A stretch of 46,402 nucleotides of DNA from a bacterium (lineage in GTDB: Bacteria > Krumholzibacteriota > Krumholzibacteriia > G020349025), in NCBI GenBank assembly GCA_031362565.1, contig JANLSU010000118.1, forward strand, positions 1 to 46,402, in the 5' to 3' direction. The notes under the pieces are model-generated. The model ran no database searches. It had not been told where the DNA came from and saw only the letters and a list, made by a program, of their open reading frames with translations. Positions 8,963-18,028 of the stretch are shown here, piece after piece (the first letter of the stretch is position 1; each line of letters starts with the position of its first letter). The position numbers were made by a program, and so were the translations under genes.

Positions 8963-10390
8963 GTGGACTCTGTTCAGAATCGAACCCGTGGGTGGAACCA
9001 ACCGGTTCGCGTCCTGGCGGTCGCGCTCGGCGTGGCGTTCGCGCCGGCCAGCGGGCAGGCTCAGCCGACGGCCGGAACGGAACCAGCGCGCGTGACTTTG
9101 ACGCGAACATCGCGAGCGGCGGTCCCTACGCTGCCCTCGCCCCTCGCGGTAAGCGCCGCCCAGGAATTTGCCCGGCAACACCACCCCGACCTTCAGATGT
9201 CGCTCGCGGATGTCGAGATCACCCGCGCGGATTCCTTTGCCGCAACGATTCGCCCCTTCAATCCGGAGTTGGAACTCAGCCTATCCCGCGGCGGAGAATC
9301 ACTCACTTCCCGCGAAGAAGGGTCTGTGGCCGTGAGTGTGAGCCAAGAGTTCGACCCCTGGCGCAAGGGGCGCTCTCGGCGGGCGTTAGCTGCCGCGCGC
9401 CTCCGAACTGCGGAGGCTCAATTGGCATTGCGCCAGCAACAACTCGAATCGCAAGTCCGGAGTCGATTCCAGAAGGCGCTATTCCTCCAGAACCGTGTTC
9501 AACTTCTCGCGTCACTCGCTCAACAAGAACAAAAGATCGTCGCGGCGACCCAATCCCGCGTGCGGGAGGAATCGGTGACGCCGCTCACTGGTCGCCTCAC
9601 GGAGTTGGACTGGGTGCGGATCGAGAAGGAATTGCTAGTGGCCCAAGGCGATTCACGGCAGGCCGTCTTGGCTCTCGCGGCCGCAACAGGTGGCATTCCC
9701 CCTGAGGGCATCCAACTCGTCGGGACATTCGAACCCGACAGTCTCGGCGTAGGCGAAGACTCCCTGGTGGCAATGGCAGTTGTGAATCGGCGCGACTCGA
9801 AAGCCCTGGAAGAGCGAGTCGCGGACCGACAAGCGGAATTGCGTTTCGCGCGCGTCGACGGACGCCCGAATGTGCGCCTGAGCGCCGGAATTTCGCGCGA
9901 GAGAAGCGGCTTCCGTGGCTCGGATTTCACTGGCGATCCGGCCGTTATTGGCGGAATTGACGCGCTGGAAGCGATCGACCATCACTTCGAGGCCAGGGTC
10001 TCAGTGCCGCTTCCTCTTTGGCAGCGAAACCAAGGCTCGCAAGCGCGCGCGGTCGCCGAAGTCAACCAGGCGCAGACTGCGCTCTTGCGTTCCAGTTTTG
10101 ATATCGAAGTCGAAGTCCGCGCTGCTGCCCGCGCATTCGACGACGCACTGCGACTCTACCGACTTTACTCCCGCCGCGCAGAGCGCACGCGTAGTGATCT
10201 TGCGCTCGTACGCGGCGCGTACGCCGACGGCAGGATCTCCTTGGATTCGTATCTCACACAGAAGGGGCGCCTCGTGGACACGCTGCTCGATCAGCTCGAG
10301 GCGGAAGACCGCTACTGGGAAACGCGCGGGCGCGTCGAGGTCGCGACGGGAGCGGACTTCGCGACGCTTGTCCGTGGAGGTTCGAAATGA
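8963..10390 (+). CDS. TolC family outer membrane efflux protein
   Basis: Signal peptide, NPELEL, VSQEF, SVPLPLWQRNQG; stop overlaps the next ATG. Confidence 0.9.
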   Translation: MDSVQNRTRGWNQPVRVLAVALGVAFAPASGQAQPTAGTEPARVTLTRTSRAAVPTLPSPLAVSAAQEFARQHHPDLQMSLADVEITRADSFAATIRPFNPELELSLSRGGESLTSREEGSVAVSVSQEFDPWRKGRSRRALAAARLRTAEAQLALRQQQLESQVRSRFQKALFLQNRVQLLASLAQQEQKIVAATQSRVREESVTPLTGRLTELDWVRIEKELLVAQGDSRQAVLALAAATGGIPPEGIQLVGTFEPDSLGVGEDSLVAMAVVNRRDSKALEERVADRQAELRFARVDGRPNVRLSAGISRERSGFRGSDFTGDPAVIGGIDALEAIDHHFEARVSVPLPLWQRNQGSQARAVAEVNQAQTALLRSSFDIEVEVRAAARAFDDALRLYRLYSRRAERTRSDLALVRGAYADGRISLDSYLTQKGRLVDTLLDQLEAEDRYWETRGRVEVATGADFATLVRGGSK

Positions 10391-11874
10391 GACGGCCCTC
10401 ATTGAGTCTTGCCGTTTGCGTGGCGCTTCTCGGCGCCGCGAGTCTCGTGTTTGCGCACGAAGGGGAAGAGCACGGGGCGGCAGCCGCAAAGCAAGCCGCA
10501 GCTCCAGCGATTCACACCCTCACCGCCACCTCTGAAGACTTTGAACTCGTGATGAAGAACAAGCCGTTGGTTCCCGGCAAGCAGGGTCAGGTCAACTTCT
10601 ACCTGAACGAATTTGCGACGAATGAACCCGTCGCGGGAGCCTCGATTCAGATCCGAATGAACGGACAGGACGACAGCCACCCACTTTGGAGCGGTGACGC
10701 CGCGGCGACTGTGTCACCAGGCATCTACACCGCCCAGGTGACCGCCGCGGACACGGGGTCCACGACTGTAATCGTTGCGATCCAGGTGGGAGCCCGGCAT
10801 GACGACTTCGCACTCGCGGGGCTCGAGATCGGAGTCGCGGGGAACGCGTCCGCGCTGCCTAACGGGCGCGTTGGAACGATTGTGGCTTGGGTTGGCGCTG
10901 GTCTCGTGTTGATTCTCACAGTGGTCGGCCTGTGGCGGCGCCGGCGCACGCACCCTGCCGCAGTCCTGCTCTTTGCCCTCATATTCCCGCTCGCCGAGGG
11001 ACGCGCGCACGAGGGACACGACGACGCCCCCACTGCCTCGAGTCAGGCGCTCGAACCGGGGGCTGTGGTGTACATGGCCAAGGAGTCGCAGTTCCTTCTT
11101 GGCGTGCGAACCATGCCGGTCGCGTTCGAGGACATCCAGAATTCGCTGCACGTTCAAGGCCGGGTTGCGCCGCGGAGCGGCGGGGAACTCGAAGTCGTCG
11201 CGCCGCAGTCAGGCCGGATCTACTTTCCGGGCGGCCGAGTCCCTCTACTCGGCGCCCATGTAAAACGTGGCGATGTTGTCGCGACGCTCGTCATCGTCGA
11301 TTCACTCCACATTCGAGCTGCGATTGCGGGCGTCGTCACGGAGGCGCCCCTGGTCAACGGCCAACTTGTAGAAGCCGGGCAGCGGATTCTGCGCATTCTC
11401 GATTCCTCCGTTCTCTGGGTGCACGCGGATGTTTACGAGCGCGATCTAGGAGCCGTCGAAGCCTCCAAAACCGCACTCATCTCGTCCCCCGGGTTTCCAG
11501 GGCAAGTCTTTCCCGGCCGGCGTGTTGCTGTCGGGGCGAGTCTCGGGGAAGTGCAAGGCACGGTAGAGACCTACTTCGAGACCCCGAATCCCGGCGGCCG
11601 GCTGCGCGTCGGGATGTTGGTGGATGTTCAGATTCAGCAAGGGGAATCCCGCCCGACGCTCGTCGTGCCACGCTCCGCGTTGAGCGAAAAGGATGGGCGC
11701 AAACTCGTCTTCGTGCACACGGGGCCGGAACGTTTCGCGGCGCGCGAAGTGCGAATCGTGTCCAACCTAGGAGATCGGGTCTCCGTCGACGGCACGCTCG
11801 CTGCCGGCGAACGCGTCGTCACCTCTGGTAGCTACCAACTGCTGAGCGCACCTGTCCTCGGTCTCGCAGAGTAG
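10387..11874 (+). CDS. Efflux RND periplasmic adaptor with N-terminal extra domain
   Basis: KESQFLLGVRT, APQSGRI, LWVHADVYERD, LRVGMLVDV, VVPRSAL, GERVVTSG. Confidence 0.88.
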   Translation: MRRPSLSLAVCVALLGAASLVFAHEGEEHGAAAAKQAAAPAIHTLTATSEDFELVMKNKPLVPGKQGQVNFYLNEFATNEPVAGASIQIRMNGQDDSHPLWSGDAAATVSPGIYTAQVTAADTGSTTVIVAIQVGARHDDFALAGLEIGVAGNASALPNGRVGTIVAWVGAGLVLILTVVGLWRRRRTHPAAVLLFALIFPLAEGRAHEGHDDAPTASSQALEPGAVVYMAKESQFLLGVRTMPVAFEDIQNSLHVQGRVAPRSGGELEVVAPQSGRIYFPGGRVPLLGAHVKRGDVVATLVIVDSLHIRAAIAGVVTEAPLVNGQLVEAGQRILRILDSSVLWVHADVYERDLGAVEASKTALISSPGFPGQVFPGRRVAVGASLGEVQGTVETYFETPNPGGRLRVGMLVDVQIQQGESRPTLVVPRSALSEKDGRKLVFVHTGPERFAAREVRIVSNLGDRVSVDGTLAAGERVVTSGSYQLLSAPVLGLAE

Positions 11875-11885
11875 GCGGAGGAGAG

Positions 11886-14800
11886 ATGTTCGACAAAGTC
11901 ATCGCACTCTCGCTCCGCAACCGTCTCGTGGTTGTTGCGCTTGGTGTTCTGCTGCTGATCTACGGTGTCAGGGTCATCGTGGGGCTCCCCGTCGACGTGT
12001 TTCCCGATCTCAACCGGCCCACGGTCACGATCTTGACCGAGGCGCCGGGCCTGGCCCCCGAAGAGGTCGAAACCTTGGTCTCGCTGCCGATCGAAACCAC
12101 GCTGAACGGCGCCCCGGGCGTGCAGCGTGTCCGCTCGAGTTCCGGAATCGGCCTCGGCGTTATTTCGGTCGAGTTCGGCTGGGACACCGACATCTACCGC
12201 GACCGTCAACTCGTCAGCGAGAAGCTCCAACTCGCCACCGATCAGTTGCCGCGGGGCATCGTTCCGGTGATGGGCCCGGTCTCATCGATCATGGGCGAAA
12301 TCATGCTCTTGGCAATGGAAAGCTCGAACGGCGCAACCCAACCGATGGAAATGCGGACGCTTGCGGACTGGGTGATCCGCCAACGCCTACTCACCATCCC
12401 AGGAGTGTCTCAAGTCATTCCCATCGGTGGCGGGGTGAAGCAGTACCAGGTGCGCGTTCATCCGGAGCGACTCACAGCGCTCGGTATTGCGCTGGAGGAT
12501 GTCGAGAAAGCCGTCTCCGGGAGCAACTCCAGCACGACAGGTGGGTATCTGGAGGCGCAGTCGCAGGAGTACCTCATTCGGAACATTGGGCGCATTCAGA
12601 GGCCCGAGGATCTTCTGAATACGGTCGTCGCCACGCGCAACGGCGTGCCTGTGCTCTTGCGCGAAGTGGCGGACGTGGAGCTTGGCATCCTAGCGAAGCG
12701 GGGGGATGGCAGCGTCGACGGCAAACCGGCCGTCATTCTGTCGGTTCAAAAGCAACCGGGTGCCAACACGATCGACCTCACGCACGAGATCGAAAAAGCG
12801 ATTGCAGAGCTGCAGACGTCGCTGCCGGCTGACGTTCGACTCCGGCCCGTTTTCAAGCAGGCAAGTTTCATCGAAGCGGCAATTCACAACGTCGAGCAGG
12901 CGCTTCGGGACGGCGCGATCCTCGTTGTGCTCATCCTATTCCTCTTTCTGCTCAACTTCCGGACCACCGCCATCACCCTGACGGCGATTCCACTCTCGTT
13001 GGTTAGCACAGCCGTCATCATGCACCTCTTCGGAATCACCATTAACACGATGACACTCGGCGGGTTGGCGATTGCGATCGGCGAGTTGGTGGATGACGCT
13101 ATCGTCGACGTCGAGAACGTCTTCCGCCGGCTGAAGGAAAATCGCCACGCGGCGCATCCGCGGCCGGCGATCGAGGTCGTGTACCACGCATCGTCCGAGG
13201 TCAGAAACTCGATCGTTTTCGCAACGGTGCTGGTCGTGCTCGTCTTCTTGCCACTCTTCGCGCTGGGGGGAATTGAGGGGCGTCTTTTCGCACCGCTCGG
13301 TGTCGCCTACGTGGTGTCGATCCTGTCATCGTTTGTCGTCTCAATGACCATTACACCGGCGCTTTGCCTCTACCTCTTGCCGCGCGCAAAGGTCATGGCC
13401 CGCGAGGCAGACTCCATCGTGGTGCGGTGGCTCAAAAGGCTGGACACCCGCCTCCTCGCTTGGACCCTGCCGCGGCCGGGGTGGGTGATCGGCGGGGCGG
13501 CCGCGCTCGTGTTCGCGGCGGTGGCCCTCGTTCCGAGCATGGGTCGTGAGTTCTTGCCGCCTTTCAACGAAGGCACGGCGACGATCAATTTGATTGCCGC
13601 CCCAGGGACATCGCTCAGCGAGTCGAACCGGCTCGGCACGATCGCCGAGCGCGTTCTGCTCGGTGTGCCCGAGGTCGTGTCGACGGGGAGGCGTACGGGT
13701 CGGGCGGAGCTCGACGAGCACGCGGAAGGCGTGAACTACACCGAAATCGACGTGGATTTTCGGCGATCGAATCGGCCGCGCGAGGTCGTTCTGGACGACG
13801 TCCGTGCCCGGCTTTCGCAGATCCCTGGAGTTGTCCTCAACATCGGACAGCCCATCTCACATCGGCTCGACCACTTGCTTTCCGGAGTGCGGGCGCAGAT
13901 CGCGGTAAAACTCTTCGGAAACGACTTGAGCGTGCTGCGCGCGAAGGCCGGTGAGATCGAGAAGGCGATGGGCGCAATCGATGGGGTGGTGGATCTGCAG
14001 GTCGAAAAGCAAGTCCTAGTGCCGCAGATTCGCATTCAGCCTGACCGCGAGGCACTGGCGCGCTATGGGTTGAGCGTCGGCAGTCTGACCGAGATGCTCG
14101 AAACCGCCCTCAACGGCCGGGTCGTGTCGCAGGTGCTCGAGGGTCAACGGACGTTCGATCTCCTCGTGCGCTACGACGAAAAATCGCGCGAGAGCGTGGA
14201 GGCGATTCGCGCCACACTGATTGACACCCCGTCCGGGGCGCGGATCCCACTCGGAATCGTGGCCGCCGTCGAAAACTCGACGGGCCCGAATATCATCCAG
14301 CACGAGAACGTCCAGCGCCGCATCGTCGTTTCGGCGAACGTTCGCGGCCGCGATTTGGGGAGCGTCGTCGGGGACATCCAGAAGAGTGTTCGCGGCCAGG
14401 TGAGGCTTCCGGTCGGCTACTTCGTCACCTACGGCGGACAGTTCGAAAGTCAGGAGTCGGCGACGCGCCTCATTGGGCTACTCAGCCTTTTCTCGTTGGC
14501 CGCGATGTTCCTCGTGCTCTACATGCACTTCCGTTCAGTGCCGATCGTCCTTCAGATCCTTCTCAACATTCCGCTCGCGCTCATCGGCAGCGTCGTCGCG
14601 GTGTTCCTGACGGGCGGGACATTCTCAATCGCCTCACTCGTGGGATTCATCACGCTGACCGGGATCGCATCCCGTAACACCATCATGATGATCTCCCACT
14701 ACCTGCATCTCATGAAGGATGAAGGAGAGGGTTTCGACGCCCAAATGGTGGTCCGCGGATCCTTGGAACGCCTCGTACCGGTGCTCATGACCGCACTCAC

Positions 14801-15065
14801 CGCGGGGCTTGCCCTCATTCCTCTGGTGTTGGCGAAGGGAGAACCCGGCAAGGAAATACTCTACCCGGTCGCGACGGTGATTCTGGGTGGGCTCATCAGC
14901 TCCACTCTCCTGGACACCATTGTGACCCCGGCAGTGTTCTACCGCTTCGGCCGCCGCTCGGCCGAGCGTTATTTGGCGCGGGCGCGCGAGCCGCAGTTCG
15001 AGTTGGTAGCAGCGTCCCCGTTGAGTGCAGCAGGTTCGTTCGCAGACAAAGGAGATCAGTCATGA
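11886..15065 (+). CDS. CusA/CzcA family heavy-metal RND permease (RND2)
   Basis: 1059 aa; VDVFPDLNRPTV, TM4 AIGELVDDAIVDVEN, GRAELDEHAEGV, ERLVPVLMTA. Confidence 0.96.
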   Translation: MFDKVIALSLRNRLVVVALGVLLLIYGVRVIVGLPVDVFPDLNRPTVTILTEAPGLAPEEVETLVSLPIETTLNGAPGVQRVRSSSGIGLGVISVEFGWDTDIYRDRQLVSEKLQLATDQLPRGIVPVMGPVSSIMGEIMLLAMESSNGATQPMEMRTLADWVIRQRLLTIPGVSQVIPIGGGVKQYQVRVHPERLTALGIALEDVEKAVSGSNSSTTGGYLEAQSQEYLIRNIGRIQRPEDLLNTVVATRNGVPVLLREVADVELGILAKRGDGSVDGKPAVILSVQKQPGANTIDLTHEIEKAIAELQTSLPADVRLRPVFKQASFIEAAIHNVEQALRDGAILVVLILFLFLLNFRTTAITLTAIPLSLVSTAVIMHLFGITINTMTLGGLAIAIGELVDDAIVDVENVFRRLKENRHAAHPRPAIEVVYHASSEVRNSIVFATVLVVLVFLPLFALGGIEGRLFAPLGVAYVVSILSSFVVSMTITPALCLYLLPRAKVMAREADSIVVRWLKRLDTRLLAWTLPRPGWVIGGAAALVFAAVALVPSMGREFLPPFNEGTATINLIAAPGTSLSESNRLGTIAERVLLGVPEVVSTGRRTGRAELDEHAEGVNYTEIDVDFRRSNRPREVVLDDVRARLSQIPGVVLNIGQPISHRLDHLLSGVRAQIAVKLFGNDLSVLRAKAGEIEKAMGAIDGVVDLQVEKQVLVPQIRIQPDREALARYGLSVGSLTEMLETALNGRVVSQVLEGQRTFDLLVRYDEKSRESVEAIRATLIDTPSGARIPLGIVAAVENSTGPNIIQHENVQRRIVVSANVRGRDLGSVVGDIQKSVRGQVRLPVGYFVTYGGQFESQESATRLIGLLSLFSLAAMFLVLYMHFRSVPIVLQILLNIPLALIGSVVAVFLTGGTFSIASLVGFITLTGIASRNTIMMISHYLHLMKDEGEGFDAQMVVRGSLERLVPVLMTALTAGLALIPLVLAKGEPGKEILYPVATVILGGLISSTLLDTIVTPAVFYRFGRRSAERYLARAREPQFELVAASPLSAAGSFADKGDQS

Positions 15066-15571
15066 GAATGAAACCATTCGCGATCGCAGCTGTGACCGCG
15101 GTCCTGGGCCTCGTGTGGGCCACAGGATGCAGCAAGTCCGAACCGCCGAAAAGCGCCTCCCCCTCAGCGGACTCGAAACCGCAAATGGAGCCGCAAGCGC
15201 CGCCACCGGCAGCCCATGAGCCCGGCCACGCTGAAGCGCATGAGGCAGTGACGCCCACCGGATCCGCGCCGGAACTCTGGAGCCAGATCGCGGCGGAGCA
15301 GACGAAACTCGAGGAAGTGATTCGCACTGGACGTCTGGCCGAGGTACACCATCTCGCCTTTGCCATCCGCGACCTCAGTGTCGCGGCGGCGGGCAAGGCC
15401 CCATCGGCTGCGAACGCCGCGACGGTCGAGGCGACGCTGACCCAGATCAAGAAGAGCGCGAGCGCCCTTGACGAATTCGGTGACGCCGGGAATCTGGGCG
15501 GCGTGAAACGGGAGTACGCGAGCTTTCAGCAGGAGCTTGCAACTCTCAAGTCGTTGGCGGGTGGACTGTGA
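15062..15571 (+). CDS. Putative lipoprotein, helical, possible metal binding
   Basis: Lipobox-like WATGC, Pro/His-rich linker, EVHHLAFAIRD; start and stop overlap both neighbours. Confidence 0.75.
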   Translation: MRMKPFAIAAVTAVLGLVWATGCSKSEPPKSASPSADSKPQMEPQAPPPAAHEPGHAEAHEAVTPTGSAPELWSQIAAEQTKLEEVIRTGRLAEVHHLAFAIRDLSVAAAGKAPSAANAATVEATLTQIKKSASALDEFGDAGNLGGVKREYASFQQELATLKSLAGGL

Positions 15572-16608
15572 TGGCGGGGCGACAGGTCTTGCGGCTGTGC
15601 GGCGTACTCGCGACGGGGCTCGTCCTCCTATCGGGCGATCAGGCTCTGGCGCAAGACACACCTGCCAAGGGTAAACACAAAAATCATTCGCCCGCGGTTG
15701 GCGCTCAAAAGACTGCGGATGCGTACCAGTGCCCCATGAAATGCGAGGGCGCCAAAACCTACTCGGCGCCGGGCAAATGCCCAGTGTGCTCGATGAACCT
15801 CAAAAAGATCACCGCCGCGAAGTACGCGGTGGAGGTGAAGGCGACACTACCAATTCGTGCCGGCGAGCCAGCCTCGCTCGTGATCGCGATCAAGGATCCT
15901 CAGGGCAAGCCCGTAACCAAGCTGGAGACGGTGCACGAAAAGATCCTGCACTTGCTCGTGGTGTCGAAGGATCTGTCGTGGTTTGCCCACGAGCATCCGG
16001 AGCTGCGACCCGACGGCACACTCCGGGTTGCATTCGCATTTCCCGCGCCCGGTGAGTACATGCTCTATCACGACTTCACTCCGCCGGGTGTCGGCCAGCA
16101 AGTGGTCCGCGCAATGGTGTCGGTGCCAGGAACAGCGCCGAGCCCGGTGCCTCTGACGCTGGATGGACCCGGAGCAAAGGTTGTGGACGGGTATTCGGTG
16201 ACGCTTCGGACCAAAAAACCGCTGCGGGTCAACGAGGAAGCGGAGCTCGACTTCGAGGTCTCGAAGGATGGGAAGCCCGTAACAGATCTGCAGCCGTACC
16301 TTGGCGCCATGGGCCACCTCGTCATCATCAGCCAGGATCTCGAGCATTTCGTCCACAGCCATCCGCTCGAGAAGAGCGGGGCCGCCGGGCATTCAGACGC
16401 CAAGCCGGGGGCACATCAACACGGAGCCAGCGCGGCGGCGGCGGCGGCCGGCGGTCCGGAGGTTCGTTTTCACGCCCACTTCGAAGCGCCCGGACTCTAC
16501 AAGGCCTGGGGCCAGTTTCAACGTGGAGGCAAGGTCCTCACCGTGCCCGTGGTGGTGAAAGTCGAGGAGTCTGCGTCACCGGCGAGTGGTGGCGCGCATC
16601 AGCACTGA
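15568..16608 (+). CDS. Exported heavy-metal-binding-domain protein
   Basis: Signal peptide; YQCPMKC..PGKCPVCSMNL domain; two related Ig-like repeats with FAHEHP and FVHSHP, LQPYLGAMGH. Confidence 0.85.
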   Translation: MMAGRQVLRLCGVLATGLVLLSGDQALAQDTPAKGKHKNHSPAVGAQKTADAYQCPMKCEGAKTYSAPGKCPVCSMNLKKITAAKYAVEVKATLPIRAGEPASLVIAIKDPQGKPVTKLETVHEKILHLLVVSKDLSWFAHEHPELRPDGTLRVAFAFPAPGEYMLYHDFTPPGVGQQVVRAMVSVPGTAPSPVPLTLDGPGAKVVDGYSVTLRTKKPLRVNEEAELDFEVSKDGKPVTDLQPYLGAMGHLVIISQDLEHFVHSHPLEKSGAAGHSDAKPGAHQHGASAAAAAAGGPEVRFHAHFEAPGLYKAWGQFQRGGKVLTVPVVVKVEESASPASGGAHQH

Positions 16609-16638
16609 GGCGCGCAGGTTCGCGGTCTGGGAAGGAAC

Positions 16639-16668
16639 GCCGCGGCCCAAGAAGAGGAGGGCCGCGGC
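16639..16668 (+). terminator. GC-rich hairpin after operon 2 (no poly-U tract)
   Basis: GCCGCGGCCC / GGGCCGCGGC perfect 10-bp stem. Confidence 0.4.
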
Positions 16669-16749
16669 TCTGTGTCGGGCCTTACAGACACTCGAGGAGC
16701 CAACCGTGGGAGACCTCGCTGGCAACGATCACGAAATGAGGGAAGCAGT

Positions 16750-17883
16750 ATGGCCTTGACGTCCCGAGGCACCTGGTTCATGCGCGTAGTGTTGTCGTTC
16801 GTGCTCTGGGGAATGCTTGCTACGCTGGCAGCCGATCCACTGCCGCGACCGAGTGACCCGTGCCCCGCTCCAGCAGGCAGCGCCGAAGTGAATCTTCATG
16901 CCGGTGGTGACAAGCTGTACCTGAGCTGGCTGCGGAAGGCTGAGCAACGCTACGCTCTCCAGGTATCGGTCTTAGCGAATCAAAAATGGTCTGATGCTAG
17001 CACGGTGGTCGAAGGCGAGCAGGTTTTCGCCAATTGGGCAGATTTTCCTTCGGTGGTCGAACTGGCGGACGGATCCTGTGTTGCGCACTGGCTATGGCGG
17101 AGCGGATCAGGACACTACGCCTACGACGTCATGGTTGCAAAGTCGACAGATACAACCACCTGGGACACACCTCTTCGTCCTCATCACGACGGCACACAGA
17201 CTGAACATGGCTTTGTTTCGCTCGTGACGGAAAAGCCCACGGGTTTCAGCCTCGTCTGGCTCGATGGTCGCGCATTCGCAGGCAAGGAGGCAGGCGATTC
17301 GAGCGCGGAAATGCACCTCATGTGGACGCGATCCTCGAATACTGGCCTCGAGACAGAAACGCTTCTCGACGCGCGCGTCTGTGACTGCTGCCAGACAGCC
17401 GCCGTGGCGACGCGCGGAGGCGTCCTGGTCGCGCATCGGGATCGTTCCGCCGACGAGGTACGTGACATTTTCCTCGTGCGAAGGGATTCGAGCGGGTGGA
17501 CGAAGCCATACCCGCTCGCGAAGGATGACTGGCGGATTCCCGGCTGCCCCGTCAATGGTCCAGCGCGTGACGCAATAGAGGATCGAGTCGTAGCAGCGTG
17601 GTTCACCATGCGGGGCAAGCAGCCGGTGGTGCAGCCCTCCGGAGGGGCACTCGTCGTCTGGATGGAAACCACGAACACGGGAGAGGCGTCGATTCTCGCA
17701 CGTCGCGTCGGCGAACGCAGCATGGATCCGTGGTTTCTCGTGGCTGGGGCTAGTGCAAAGCGATCCAGTGGTTTCCCGCGAGTGGCGCGTTGTCGCGATA
17801 CGCTGTACTTCGCATGGACCGATGACGGTGAACCCTCGCAGGTTCGCTTGGCTGCTCTAGAGATGCCACGCGCGTGGCGGTGA
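16750..17883 (+). CDS. Exported sialidase/BNR-like beta-propeller protein, possibly with an internal deletion
   Basis: FANWADFPS, TEHGFVSL, VWLDGR, VCDCCQT, GCPVNGP, SGFPR motifs; signal peptide; start at 16750 or 16780. Confidence 0.8.
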   Translation: MALTSRGTWFMRVVLSFVLWGMLATLAADPLPRPSDPCPAPAGSAEVNLHAGGDKLYLSWLRKAEQRYALQVSVLANQKWSDASTVVEGEQVFANWADFPSVVELADGSCVAHWLWRSGSGHYAYDVMVAKSTDTTTWDTPLRPHHDGTQTEHGFVSLVTEKPTGFSLVWLDGRAFAGKEAGDSSAEMHLMWTRSSNTGLETETLLDARVCDCCQTAAVATRGGVLVAHRDRSADEVRDIFLVRRDSSGWTKPYPLAKDDWRIPGCPVNGPARDAIEDRVVAAWFTMRGKQPVVQPSGGALVVWMETTNTGEASILARRVGERSMDPWFLVAGASAKRSSGFPRVARCRDTLYFAWTDDGEPSQVRLAALEMPRAWR

Positions 17884-18028
17884 TGACGGGCTGTGCCGTG
17901 AGAAAGGCGAGAAGGCACGACATCCAGGATGAACAAGGTGTCACCCCAGCTTCATGGAGGCGTCATGGTCATCCGCGTAGCGTTCTTCATTTCACGAGAG
18001 ACGATAGGTCGTCGGACAGGCTGATGCT

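Noticed and set aside
3593..15065. Naming RND1 or RND2 czcA
   Set aside because: TM4 has AIG instead of the CzcA DFG motif, so substrate and orthology cannot be fixed from sequence alone
17965..18024. 19-aa ORF with GGAGG RBS before the CusC-like gene
   Set aside because: No metal ligands or arrest motif; too short to support
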